Notes under the pieces: generated by a model
Seen by the model: the letters and a program-made list of their open reading frames with translations, nothing else
The model's database searches: none
What the model was told of the DNA's origin: nothing
Shown: in pieces, positions 1 through 10,824 of the stretch
How positions within the stretch are numbered: the first letter of the stretch is position 1
Layout: every line of letters starts with the position of its first letter
Position numbers and translations under genes: made by a program
Source: Candidatus Bathyarchaeota archaeon
Lineage (GTDB): Archaea; Thermoproteota; Bathyarchaeia; Bathyarchaeales; Bathycorpusculaceae
DNA length: 64,000 nt
Assembly: GCA_963767735.1 (NCBI GenBank)
Contig: CAVYES010000006.1
Coordinates: forward strand, 256,001-320,000
Direction: 5' to 3'

Positions 1-738
1 CTTCTCTCCTTGGAGAAGACCGATTTAATCTATCATTTAGCCGCCCAAGTTGTAGTTCCCTACTCAATGGAGAATCCCCTTATAGATTTTGAAACAAACG
101 CTAAAGGAACCGTGCAGGTTCTTGAGAAAGCACGCAAAGACGATGCAAAACTGGTTTTCGCTTCCAGCGCAGCCGTCTATGGCAACCCAACCGTCTTTCC
201 AACTCCAGAAGAATATGGTTTTCACCCCTTTTCCTGCTACGGGTTATCCAAAGTAGTCGGCGAAGAATACTGCGAAATGTACCGAAGCCAATACGGCTTA
301 GACATCACGATAATGAGGTTTGCTAACGTTTACGGACCAAGATGCCACGGAGTCATCCATGACTTTATAGATAAACTCGCTAAAAACCCAAGCAAACTAG
401 AAATCATAGGTACCGGGCTTCAATCACGCGATTTTGTACAGGTATCCGATGTTGTGGATGCATTAGTAACTGTCGGCTCAAACGATTCTGCTAACGGTAA
501 AACTTACAACATTGGCTTTGGAACGACAACCCAGATAATAGATCTTGCCAAAATGATTCTCCAAATTCTCAATTTGCAAGCCAAGACATTCGTTACAACA
601 ACCAATGTTTCTTGGCAAGGCGATGTGACAAAAATTTGGTTTGACAATTCTAAAGCAAAGAAAGAATTGAATTGGAATCCAAAAATAACTCTTGAAGACA
701 GCATAAAAGCGATTATTGCTGAGAGGAAACTTTCGTAA
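1..738 (+). CDS. NAD-dependent sugar epimerase/dehydratase (extended SDR), 5'-truncated by window edge
   Basis: HLAA, ASSAAVYG, YGLSK (YxxxK), RFANVYGP and RDF motifs; frame is open back to position 1. Confidence 0.92.
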   Translation, partial: LLSLEKTDLIYHLAAQVVVPYSMENPLIDFETNAKGTVQVLEKARKDDAKLVFASSAAVYGNPTVFPTPEEYGFHPFSCYGLSKVVGEEYCEMYRSQYGLDITIMRFANVYGPRCHGVIHDFIDKLAKNPSKLEIIGTGLQSRDFVQVSDVVDALVTVGSNDSANGKTYNIGFGTTTQIIDLAKMILQILNLQAKTFVTTTNVSWQGDVTKIWFDNSKAKKELNWNPKITLEDSIKAIIAERKLS

Positions 739-1620
739 TGGCCACTTCAAAGCCAGCTAGAGGATTGATAGCGCTTCTGCGCCTTCCCTACTGGCTGATG
801 ACAGGTGGTTTATCTCTCCTAACAGCCTTCGCTATCACCAGAAAACCATTTAGCCTCAGCATCCAAACGGATTTGCTGATTTTCTTCTCCATGGCATTCA
901 TAACTTCCGCAGGCTTCGCAATCAACGATTACTTCGACAGGGAAAGCGATGCGGTAATCAAGCCAAAACGCCCCATACCTTCAGGTGCACTGTCGTTAAA
1001 GCAGGTGGTAGCAGTGTCAAGCGTACTTTTCGTTGCAGGTTTGATCATGGCGTCTTATATTAACTGGTTAAGTTTCGCAATTATCGCCGCTGATTCTGCC
1101 CTTCTTCTGGTTTACTCAATAGTCGTGAAGCGCAAATCAGGCTTTGCAGCGAATGTTTTAGTGGGCATTTTAACAGGTACCGCCTTCATGTTTGGAGAAG
1201 CCACAATCACCATCCCTCCGACGATTAGCTTGATTTCTTTAAGCCTCTACCCCATAGCTTTTGGAACAATAGGCGGCAACGTCCTGCGCGATGTCCTAAG
1301 CCTTGATGGCGACTCAAAAACTGGGTACCCAACGCTCCCGCAGAAAATTGGCATCGGCAAATCGGTGAAAATGGCTGCTGTGTTTTTCACATTAACGGGG
1401 TTGCTTGCGCCTCTTCCTTACTTCATAGGCAAGTTTACAGTTTACTATTTGCCTCCTATTCTTTTCTGGAGCGTTCTTCTAATTTACTGTTCAATCCGCC
1501 TAGCTAACCTCAGCTTCAACGTTGACCAATGTGCGAAAATATGAGCGCATAGTCACGATGTCGATGATTCTTCTTCCGTTAGCATTAATAATCGAGGCAA
1601 CACTTGGAGGGTTACTATGA
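738..1620 (+). CDS. UbiA-family prenyltransferase, DGGGP synthase-like (1-nt frameshift near 1500)
   Basis: NDYFDRESDAVIKPKRPIPSG motif and multiple TM helices; last TM (NVRKYERIVTMSMILLPLALII..GGLL*) continues in another frame to TGA 1618-1620, overlapping the next ATG. Confidence 0.85.
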
Positions 1621-3084
1621 CCAAAACCAAAAGCATCTGCCCTGAATGCCAGAAAAAAATCGATGCACAACTAACTCAAGCTAACGGAAAAATCCAAATC
1701 ACCAAGCAGTGCCCCGAACATGGCGCTTTTGAAGCTACTCACTGGCAAAGCACTGACATCTACAATCACATGCAAACTTATGACCAATTTCAGTACCTCG
1801 GCGATTTGAACGCTCCCAAAGACCCAAAAGGTTGCCCCTACGTCTGCGAAACATGCAACAACCATGCTTCAGGCACGGTCATAGGCGTAATAGACGTTAC
1901 AAAACGCTGCAACTTCAAATGTGCAGTTTGCTTCTCAACTTTTCCGCAGCAAGAAGTCGATTATGAGCCAACTAAAGAAGCGCTTATAGATATGCTTGAG
2001 TTCGTAAGCAAAGCTAACCCTAAGCCTCCAGCCATTCTTTTTTCAGGCGGTGAGCCGCTGGAGCGCGAGGATATGCCTGAAATAATCGAGTGCTGCACAC
2101 AAGCTAAAATTTATGACTATATTAGCGACCAACGGGACACATTTGGTTGACACCCCGGGGCTGGCAAAGAAGCTGAAAGATAGCGGCTTAAACATCGTTT
2201 ATTTATCGTTTGACAGTTTCCACGAAGAATTCAACAAGAAAATTAGAGGGCAAGAACTCGTAGATATGAAACTTAAGGCTATTGAGGTTTGCCGAAAATA
2301 CGACATGGAAATCATCTTGGTCAACACTTTGATGAAAAGCTTGAACGATAAAGAAGTCGGCGACATGATACGGTTCGCGGCTAAGAACACTGACATAGTG
2401 CGAGGCTTAATTTTCCAACCTATCGCCTTCACAGGCAGAGCCACCGAGAACCCGTTCCGCGAAAATTTCCGTGAATGGTCATTTGCAGAGGACGTTGAAA
2501 AACAAACAGACGGCGAAGTAAAAACCACCGACCTCTTCCCCATGTCGGTTATGACTTCTCCGATAAAGATAATGCGTAAATTCATGCAAAAACCTTGGCC
2601 CCTGTTCTCTTGCAGCCCACAATGCGGAATCGTAAACTGGGTTTACGTTTCAAAAAACGGCAAAATGTTCCCAATCAACCGATTCGTCAACTTTGACCGA
2701 TTCTTTAACTACATCAGAAAAACCGCTGAAAATGCAGAGTCAAAGGGCAAATTTTCTCTGCTCTCATCACTATTCATGGCATCAATGCTTTCAATGAACA
2801 TGCTCGAAGTCACCAAGGAAGTCGGCATGCCAACCCTGATGAAATCAATCATGAGGATGCATCTTTCACCATCATACCAGTCACTGGGAAAAATCCGCAG
2901 ACGCATCTTCTTGCTTGGCTGCATGGCGTTCATGGACTCATACAACTTCGACGTCAACCGAGTCCGTCGATGCGTGGTTCACTACATTACGCCCGACAAG
3001 AAGATCATACCTTTCTGCGCATACAACAATATCCATAGGGTAGCAATCGAGAAAGAGTACGCTGAAAGGCATAAGACGGCTTAA
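1617..3084 (+). CDS. tes: Tetraether lipid synthase (Tes/GDGT-MAS, MJ0619 family) radical SAM; split by a 1-nt frameshift near 2090
   Basis: N-terminal CPEC..CPEH, CPYVCETCNNH, radical SAM CNFKCAVC, SGGEP, and C-terminal MAFMDSYNFD..RCVVHY..IIPFCAYN; ORFs 1617-2150 and 2113-3084 join. Confidence 0.88.
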
Positions 3085-3580
3085 CTTAGCACTTGAATGT
3101 TTAAGACGCAATAGTTGTTTACATTGTTATTTGTAAACTGGTAAGTTGCTGAATCTGAATTATATTGCCAAAGCTCAAAAACTACCGAGTAGCTTCCAAC
3201 TTGATTTTCCGTAACAGGGACTGATTTTTGCCAGCTTTGGCCGTTCCCCAAGGTAAAATTATACGCGTCGATGGGCTGAGTATTAACTGGCAGAGTTGTA
3301 ATGTCATTGGTGATTTTCACTAAAACTTCGTATTGCACAGTGCCTCCCATATTGTTCACAACGGTAACAGGCTCATTGAATGTGCTGTTCTGGTTAGCTA
3401 CCAAAACTGACGGGTAATCAGCGGCTTTGTTTTGTGAATCAAGCAGATAAATCGTGCTGTACCCCGCTGGCGCCGGCCTAAAAAACACAAAGTAACTTGC
3501 AGCTACTGCAGAAATAATTATTAAGGCAACAAAAATGGCGACGGCATAGCCTTTTTCATCGTTTAAACCAATTTTTCTGC
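3081..3580 (-). CDS. DUF1616-like membrane-anchored protein (start approximate)
   Basis: One N-terminal TM, then STIYLLD..ADYP and VFELW Ig-like domain; upstream part of ORF 3081-3719 overlaps the GT2 gene. Confidence 0.65.
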
Positions 3581-4329
3581 CAAGCTTCTTCGTTTTTTCT
3601 AACCATGTCGGCATCCAGAAGGCCTCTAAATATAGTGCTAAATATTTCAATTCCTGACTTAAATTTTTTGAGCTTGGTTTTCCCGTATTTTCGGGCTTTA
3701 TAGGTGGTGGGAACTTCAACCATGTTGTATCCTTCTTTTGCGAATTTTACAAGCATTTCAGTAGCGTAAGCCATGTCTCCCTCGTTTAACTTTACTTTGT
3801 CGATGGCTTCATGAGAAATTGCTCGGAAACCTGATTGTGTGTCGCTGAGGAATTGGCTATAGAAGAAGTCGAAGCAGAATGTAATCACTTTGTTTCCTAT
3901 GAAATTCATGAATCCCATGGCTTTGTTTGGGTCATACATGCGAGTGGCTAAAACCATGTCTGCGTCTTTCTGAATCATCATATCCAGCAAGCGGTTGATG
4001 TGTTTTACCTCGTAGGTGCCATCGCCGTCAACCATCACGATAATGTTGCCTTTCGCGTTTTTCATGCCTGTTTTAAGGGCGACGCCGTACCCGCGTCTTG
4101 GTTCAATAATAAGCTTGCAAAAACTTGTGTCTTTAACGATTTCTATTGTTCCATCAGTAGAGTTGCCATCAACAACAATTATCTCCTTTGGGTACTCCAA
4201 GTCTTTATAGATGGTTGTGACAGCTTCTAAGATGTTTCCTGCTTCATTGAGTGTTGGAATTACTACCGAGACCAGTTCAACTTTCGATGTCATGGTAACT
4301 CTCATCTTAAGGCTATATTGTTTCACCAT
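3556..4329 (-). CDS. Glycosyltransferase family 2 (dolichol-phosphate sugar synthase-like)
   Basis: SVVIPTLNE, VVDGNSTDGT, DGDG and DTQSGFRA motifs. Confidence 0.92.
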   Translation of the reverse strand: MVKQYSLKMRVTMTSKVELVSVVIPTLNEAGNILEAVTTIYKDLEYPKEIIVVDGNSTDGTIEIVKDTSFCKLIIEPRRGYGVALKTGMKNAKGNIIVMVDGDGTYEVKHINRLLDMMIQKDADMVLATRMYDPNKAMGFMNFIGNKVITFCFDFFYSQFLSDTQSGFRAISHEAIDKVKLNEGDMAYATEMLVKFAKEGYNMVEVPTTYKARKYGKTKLKKFKSGIEIFSTIFRGLLDADMVRKNEEAWQKNWFKR

Positions 4330-4334
4330 CTTAG

Positions 4335-5493
4335 TTAAATAAGCTCTTCGTATATCCCGATTAATGTTTCAACGTTTTTATCCCAGCTGAACTTTTCTTC
4401 CATCCTTGCTCGAAGCTCTACTTTACGCGAAGAAAAATCAATATTTGCAAATTCCAAAACTGCGTTTGCAAGTTGCTCAGGCTGGTTAGATGGCACAAGT
4501 TTTCCGTAATCTTCCATAAGAATTTCACTTATTCCTCCAACGTTTGTGGCTATTACTGGCAATCCGCAAGCCATGGCTTCAAGCGCAACCAAAGGCAAGC
4601 CTTCTCCCGATTTTGATGGCAGCACAAAGAAGTCTGCGGCGTTATAGTAAAACGGTAAATCTTCATCTTTAACAAAGCCTGTAAGCCTAAAATTGTTTTC
4701 TATCCCTAACTGTCGTGTCATCATTTGAACGTTGTTTAGATCTGGTCCTTTTCCAACAACTAGGAAAGTAATCTTTGGGTTCTTTTTGACGGCTATGTTT
4801 GCGCTCTCTATTAACGTGTCAACGCCGTTTTTGTAAACAAGCCTTCTGACGGTTAAAGCCACGATTGCGTCTTGGGCTATTCCAAGTTTTCTTCTCATTT
4901 CTTCTCGTTTCCCCGTCAAAGGCCTGAAACGGACCAGGTCAACTCCGTTGTGTGACACTTTAATCTTGTTTGGTTTTGCGCCTAAACTTAAAACATAATC
5001 TTTTGTTGCGTTGCTCACAGTGATTATTTTGTCGGCTTCTTTTAGCGTCTCCTTTCCAACTGCCAAATCATTTAACCGTTCAACGTTGTCAAAAATGCTG
5101 TCGTATTCAATGAAGGTGTTGTGCTGCGTCAACACAAATGGCTTATTGTACCTCTTCGCAAGTTTGGCTGCAATAAGCGACGTTAGGTACGGGTGACCAT
5201 GCGCATGGACAATTTTGCTTGATTTTACAGCTTTAAGAAAAGTTTCAAAACTTGTCACTGTCGGAATCGAGTAAGGGATTCCCAGGCGGAAACCCGTGTT
5301 TAACGATTCATAACATTCGACGTTTACGCCGTCAACAACATAGTTTTTTGGCTGTTCCAATCCGGTTCGTGACCACCATGGGCTCAAAATTTCTTTGAAG
5401 TAGCCGCTTGCTTTGCTCATAAACAACCCTTTCTATTCCGCCAGTATGGGGCAAAAAGGTGTGAGTAACAATGCAAAGCCTTGTTTGAACCAT
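4335..5493 (-). CDS. Glycosyltransferase family 4 (frameshift near 5350)
   Basis: N-terminus CIVTHTFLPHTGGIER in ORF 5332-5520 joins ORF 4335-5426, which has EGLPLVALEAMACG. Confidence 0.9.
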
Positions 5494-5711
5494 GGAAGCC
5501 CAACTGCTTAAACTCCTCAATCAACATAGTATTATAACCTTATGGTAAAACAAAGTCTGGTGCAAAAACAGCTTAAAGTTGTACTTTTTGTTACTTAGGT
5601 TATCAAGCAAAAAGGATACCATCCCCCCGCCCTCAATTTAGCTAGAGAAATTCACTAGTTAAATTGATACCTTATCCCTCCTTTGGACTTTGTAAGAATT
5701 AATAAAGTGTT

Positions 5712-6193
5712 TTATTGTTTTGCCTGTGCATTTTTAGTGGCGCGTGTATAAACGTTTGATGATACGCCTGCAACCAAGGCGCCTATGGCGTCGTTTGTGA
5801 TTGAGCCGAGTTTCTTTAGAATTCCGGGTTTAGCTTGGTCAAACCGCACGTACTCGAAAACTGCTCTGGTTCCGCCGATGTAGCTGGCAATCGCTATTCC
5901 TAAAACTTCGTCAGCAACTGGTCCTGGTCTACCCTTGAACCTTTCCTGCGTTAAGCCGGGAATCAAGCCCTTCTCTGCATCTTCCTGCGCTCGGAAAGCA
6001 GCACTTCAAGGATGGAAACATTGACATCTGAGAGGACATCGAGGAATTCTTCTCTGAACATTTCAACGGCTTTTTCCTCTGTTTCCACGCCTGGGTGAGG
6101 CACAAACATTTCAAGTGCACAGTGAATGAGGCTTTTTAGGGATATGTCTTTTTTTTCAAGAAACTCAAGTAAGGCTGGCATTTCATTGCTCAT
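5712..6193 (-). CDS. cobZ: Alpha-ribazole phosphatase CobZ-type (PgpA-like), frameshifted
   Basis: LSDVNV, VADEVLGIAIASYIGGTRAVFEYVRFDQAKPGIL and DAIGALVAG across ORFs 5963-6295 and 5712-5966; divergent from cobT/S/Y. Confidence 0.75.
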
Positions 6194-6528
6194 AATTTCA
6201 ACCTCAATTTTTAAAGGTAAAGTGTGCTTTAAGCGTTGCGTGACTCTGATTACCGTAATGCTTATATGAAAAGGTTGGATAAACCAACCAAACATGGCGG
6301 TGATAATTTGCTGAACTTCCAGAAAAAACCTGATATTCCGCTCAAAATATTATGGCAAGGCAAATTATCTGAATGTTTGAAGAGTAAAACAACATTTTTG
6401 TGGTTACCTGTTTCTGCAACTGAAGAAACCGGTTTTTTCGGAAAATCAAATATTTCAAATTCACCTAAAACCTAAACAAAACAAAATAATGGTTGAGGGT
6501 GAAGATACTTAGGGAGGAAAAATTAGAA

Positions 6529-7215
6529 ATGAAAGTTGTTGCTTCATGGAGTGGCGGAAAAGACAGTTGCTATGCTTATTATTTGGCAACCCAGCAAGGC
6601 TACGAAGTAATTAGCCTTTTAACTATGATGATGAGTGAAACCAAATCAAACTTCCACATGATACCCTCCGGCATACTTGACGCTCAAGCAGAAGCCATCG
6701 GAATCCCACTTCTAAAGCAGGTGACTACGGCTGAAACCTACGAGAACGATTTCAAACGTGCACTGCGAATACTCAAAGCAAAGGGCGCCGAAGGCTTAGT
6801 TACAGGGGACATCTACGAGGTAGCGGGGCACGAAGAAGGTTGGCTTGGGCGAGTGCTCAAAGAAGTCGGGTTGAAGCCAATAAAGCCTCTTTGGATGGGT
6901 GACACAAAACAAATTTACCTTGACTACTTAAAAACGGGTTTCAAAGCAACCGTGGTGCGCACTAACCTCAGCAAGTTGGGTGTGGAGTGGCTTGGGCGAG
7001 TTCTGGACAAAAAATTCTACGATGACATCCTGAAGCTTGGCAATGTTGATTCTTGCGGGGAAGGCGGCGAATACCATACCGTAGTGACTGATGGACCGAC
7101 TTTTAAGAAAAAGATTGAAATTCTTGAAACGCAAAAGCATAAGCTTGACGGCGGCTTCGGATATTTAGAAATTAAAAGATTCGAAGTTAAGCCCAAAGGC
7201 AAGGTAAAATCGTAG
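6529..7215 (+). CDS. DUF71/COG2102 PP-loop ATP pyrophosphatase (Dph6-like family)
   Basis: SWSGGKDS, TGDI, PLW and CGEGGEYHTVVTDGP motifs; GGAGG upstream of ATG 6529. Confidence 0.88.
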   Translation: MKVVASWSGGKDSCYAYYLATQQGYEVISLLTMMMSETKSNFHMIPSGILDAQAEAIGIPLLKQVTTAETYENDFKRALRILKAKGAEGLVTGDIYEVAGHEEGWLGRVLKEVGLKPIKPLWMGDTKQIYLDYLKTGFKATVVRTNLSKLGVEWLGRVLDKKFYDDILKLGNVDSCGEGGEYHTVVTDGPTFKKKIEILETQKHKLDGGFGYLEIKRFEVKPKGKVKS

Positions 7216-7216
7216 A

Positions 7217-8317
7217 ATGGACAAGACTCTTGACGTACTGATTGCTCATAACCCGCTAAAAGCGGAAGCTTTCCTCGATGAAATCGACGGAAAAAACCCT
7301 TTATTTATTTGTACAATAGCCACCACTGAAACAGGCAAAATCTCTGGCATATCCGCGGCTGGAGCAAACCCAGAATTCACCGATTACACACCCCCAGCAG
7401 ACGCTGAACTGCTCTTGCTGGGCAAATGCAAATCCATAGCCGGCGTGCCCATAACTCCAGACGGCATTCCGACACCAGGCTTGATAACTATGTCGGCTCT
7501 ACACTTAGCCGATATTCCAGTGCTCATTGCCAGCGGCGGACTAAAAGTGAAACCGCAGATTCCCTTCTTAGATTTCGGCGGCAACCCCGGAAGAGACATC
7601 CGAACAGGCAACGCCGTTGATAACGTTGCGGAAGTAATCGAGCGCGCGAAAATTGCGGGGCAGAATTTGGCTAAAGCCGTGGATTATCTTGTGATTGGCG
7701 AGAGTATCCCTGGGGGAACAACAACCGCTCTTGGTGTATTGTCGGCTTTAGGCGTGAAAGCGGAGGGAAAAGTAAGCAGCACTCTGCCTGAAAACCCCCA
7801 CAGCTTGAAAGCAGAAACCGTCAAGGCAGGATTAAAAGCGGCTGGCGAGAGTTTTGGCAGCTTAGCAAACAATCCCGTTAAGGCTATTTCCTGCGTCGGC
7901 GACCCCATGATGGCTGCTTTCTCGGGACTGGTGATTGGTGCGGCATCGCAGGTGCCCGTGCTGATGGCTGGCGGAACACAGATGAGCGCTATCTTAGCCC
8001 TTGTGAACGCTTTGGAACCCGATGTTCTCTGCAACGTGGCGGTGGGCACAACAAGATGGGTTGCAAAAGACAAGTCATCCGACCTCAAAGGCATAGTTAC
8101 CCAGTTCTGCGATGTCCCGATTTTAGCGGCGGACCTAAACTTTGGCTCCTCACGTTTCCCAGGCTTGCGGACATATGAAACTGGTCTTGTGAAGGAAGGC
8201 GTCGGCGCAGGAGGCGCTTCTATCGCGGCGATGGCGAAGCTTGGCGGCGCAGTCACAGCTGACCTACTGCTTAAAGAGATAGAGCGTAATTATGCTCTGC
8301 TGATGGGTCTGAAGTGA
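7217..8317 (+). CDS. cobT: Archaeal nicotinate-nucleotide--dimethylbenzimidazole phosphoribosyltransferase
   Basis: GISAAG, TPPADAE, GESIPGGTTTA, AGGTQM and VKEGVGAGG motifs; lies in operon with cobS. Confidence 0.9.
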   Translation: MDKTLDVLIAHNPLKAEAFLDEIDGKNPLFICTIATTETGKISGISAAGANPEFTDYTPPADAELLLLGKCKSIAGVPITPDGIPTPGLITMSALHLADIPVLIASGGLKVKPQIPFLDFGGNPGRDIRTGNAVDNVAEVIERAKIAGQNLAKAVDYLVIGESIPGGTTTALGVLSALGVKAEGKVSSTLPENPHSLKAETVKAGLKAAGESFGSLANNPVKAISCVGDPMMAAFSGLVIGAASQVPVLMAGGTQMSAILALVNALEPDVLCNVAVGTTRWVAKDKSSDLKGIVTQFCDVPILAADLNFGSSRFPGLRTYETGLVKEGVGAGGASIAAMAKLGGAVTADLLLKEIERNYALLMGLK

Positions 8318-8318
8318 A

Positions 8319-9089
8319 TTGGTTACTAAAGAGTTAAAGAACCTTCTTTCTTTCCTCACAATTTTTCCAGTAACAATGGATAAAGACATGCTGACTGACT
8401 GCGCCAAAAACATGTGGGTTTTCCCATTAATCGGCGCATTCATCGGTTTATTAGCTGGAGTGTTCGGCTGGGTAGCTTACCACTTTTTGCCCGACATAGT
8501 GGTCGGCGGCTTAGTGTTGGCTTTGTTGCTGCTGATTACCGGGCTTCACCACACCGACGGCTTACTTGACTTCGGCGACGGCGTCATGGCTCACGGCACA
8601 GCTGAACACAAAATTGAGGTTATGCATGACCAACTCACAGGCGCAGGCGGCTTAACGTTGGGCATCATGACCATTCTGATCACCGCTTTAGCCATCGGAC
8701 AAATCAGCGGCAATGGTGAACTCAAAATTCCCTTAATCATCGGCGGCATCATCGCCATAGAAGCGTCAGCAAAGCTTGCCATGGTTATTATGGCGTGGGC
8801 TGGAAAATCAGTCCATCAAGGCATGAACTCACCCTTCTTAGAAGCTATGCATGGGAGCAAAGGCAACTTGCGCCTCATCGCTGCGGTGGTGATTTCTTTT
8901 GCGGTTGCTTTGCCTCTGCTGGGTTGGGCAGGCGCTTTCACCGTGATTGCAGCCATTATCACCAGCCTTGTCATGGTTGCCATTGCGCACAAGCACTTCA
9001 ACGGAGTCACAGGCGACGTGTTCGGAGCAACTAACGAGATAACCAGAATGGTCTGCGTGATCGTCCTGTTGGCGGTGGTTATACGGTAA
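8319..9089 (+). CDS. cobS: Adenosylcobinamide-GDP ribazoletransferase
   Basis: FLTIFP, TGLHHTDGLLDFGDG and GVTGDVFGATNE; multiple TM helices. Confidence 0.93.
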   Translation: MVTKELKNLLSFLTIFPVTMDKDMLTDCAKNMWVFPLIGAFIGLLAGVFGWVAYHFLPDIVVGGLVLALLLLITGLHHTDGLLDFGDGVMAHGTAEHKIEVMHDQLTGAGGLTLGIMTILITALAIGQISGNGELKIPLIIGGIIAIEASAKLAMVIMAWAGKSVHQGMNSPFLEAMHGSKGNLRLIAAVVISFAVALPLLGWAGAFTVIAAIITSLVMVAIAHKHFNGVTGDVFGATNEITRMVCVIVLLAVVIR

Positions 9090-9100
9090 CCGCACTCGTT

Positions 9101-9697
9101 ATGGCTGGCGGAAAAGGAACCCGCATGAAAGTCGCACAGGAGAAGCCGCTGATTAAAGTCTGTGGCAAACCCGTTATCTTATACGTGCTGGAGGCGTTGA
9201 AAAACGCTAAGAAAATTGATTCCGTCGTTGTCGCTGTCAGCTGTTGCACCCCCAAAACTGCCCAGTTTCTGAGTCAGTTTCCAGTCCAAGTGGTTGAAAC
9301 TCCCGGGGTAGATTATGTTTCCGATATGGGCTACGCTAGTAAAGCACTCAAACTCGGCGTTTTCTTAGCTATCGCAGCCGACTTGCCGCTGGTCACAGGA
9401 GAGGTGCTGGATAAAATTGTTGAACGTTACGAGCGATGCGGCAAACCAGCATTAACTGTTGCCGTTCCGCTTGAAACTAAAACCAAGCTTGGCATGTGTG
9501 TTGAGTACTCGTTCAAAATCGGCGATAAAGACGTAGTTCCCGTCGGCATCAATGTTATAGATGGGCATAAACGGTACGGCGACGAATGGCTCGACCAAGA
9601 CATCTGCCTGTTAAACCTAGATGAACTGGCAGTAAATATCAACACTGTACAGGAAATGCAAATAGCCGAACGCTTAGTATCAAAGCATGCGAAATAA
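9101..9697 (+). CDS. cobY: Adenosylcobinamide-phosphate guanylyltransferase (true start a few codons upstream)
   Basis: MAGGKGTRM..EKPL NTP-transferase motif, ADLP, VGIN and NINT; follows cobS. Confidence 0.85.
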   Translation: MAGGKGTRMKVAQEKPLIKVCGKPVILYVLEALKNAKKIDSVVVAVSCCTPKTAQFLSQFPVQVVETPGVDYVSDMGYASKALKLGVFLAIAADLPLVTGEVLDKIVERYERCGKPALTVAVPLETKTKLGMCVEYSFKIGDKDVVPVGINVIDGHKRYGDEWLDQDICLLNLDELAVNINTVQEMQIAERLVSKHAK

Positions 9698-9751
9698 AAG
9701 ACTGATTTATACACAGATTAATCCTGCAATCCCTGTTCATCGTTTAATATT

Positions 9752-10630
9752 TTAGCCATCCTTAGGCTTGTGCGCCTCTAAAACTTGTTTTAGAATCTCT
9801 TGCATTTTTCTGGCATCAACGTCTAGGTTTGGTGATTCGCATATCATTGTGGGGTGCATTTGGAAGTCGGCGATTACTTCGGCCAGCATGCGGAAGTCTG
9901 GTCCGTACTTTTCTTCGTCGAGGGTGTGGTGGCGTTTTTCGCCCTGTGCGGTGAACTCGATTTTTGAGAAGTGGCAGTGCATGCTTTTTAGGGCTTCTGT
10001 GCCCAGTTTCTGTTCGACTTTTTCGGCGATTGCCCTGAAGTCTTCGGTTTTCTTTAGGGTTCCTTGATGCAGGGCGTGGAGGTGTGCCCAGTCAACGACG
10101 AGCTGTGTGCCTTCCACTTCTTGGTTGAGGGTTATGATTTCGTCTAAGGAGCCTACCTGGAACTTTCTTCCCATCGTTTCTGGGCCAAGCTTCACATGAA
10201 GCCCGAGTCTTCGCATTTCAGCGCGGACCTCTTTTAACGCGTTGAGGCAGGTTTTGAACGCATATTCCTTTTCGAAGCGACCATAAAACCCGGTGTGAAA
10301 AACCATGACGTATGCTCCCATCCAGTCAGCAGCAGTTGCCGATGCAATTAGCCGCCGTTTGCTTGCCTCGACGACGTCTTTTGTGCCTGACAGGTTAATG
10401 AAGTACGAGCCGTGAAGGCTAAGTCGCACGTCGTTTTCCCTCGCCGCGGCACCCAGCTTTTGGGCAAGTTCCTGCCTGATCTGCGGCTTTGGACCCCAAC
10501 GCACAGCCTCGTACTCCAAAGCATCCAAGCCTTCCTCACGTAGCAAACGCGGAACATCAGGCAAATCTGCTCCCATAAGCCTAAACATCGGCGGAACTCC
10601 CGCTGGACCAAAACGCGTATGCTCAGCCAT
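9752..10630 (-). CDS. nfo: Endonuclease IV (AP endonuclease family 2)
   Basis: RFGPAG, HGSYFINL, ETMG, DWAH, HCHFS and ICES metal ligands. Confidence 0.88.
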   Translation of the reverse strand: MAEHTRFGPAGVPPMFRLMGADLPDVPRLLREEGLDALEYEAVRWGPKPQIRQELAQKLGAAARENDVRLSLHGSYFINLSGTKDVVEASKRRLIASATAADWMGAYVMVFHTGFYGRFEKEYAFKTCLNALKEVRAEMRRLGLHVKLGPETMGRKFQVGSLDEIITLNQEVEGTQLVVDWAHLHALHQGTLKKTEDFRAIAEKVEQKLGTEALKSMHCHFSKIEFTAQGEKRHHTLDEEKYGPDFRMLAEVIADFQMHPTMICESPNLDVDARKMQEILKQVLEAHKPKDG

Positions 10631-10824
10631 CTAATCCCAATCTGCATTTTTTTTAGGTTAAATGTTCAATATCGTTCTCTATTTTAAAAAGATGCACTTT
10701 CAATGGCCGATTATTGTAGTGTTCATTTGTGGGTTCGAGCGAACTGGTAGCCATTTCAATTTTGATCTGATAGACCCATTTTGAGTTATTGCTGTGTTTA
10801 AAACTCCGACAGTATTGTCAGACT

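Noticed and set aside
6194-6528. Cobalamin riboswitch, or ORF 6236-6475, in the cob divergent region
   Set aside because: No B12-box seen; AT-rich promoter region; the ORF has no recognisable features
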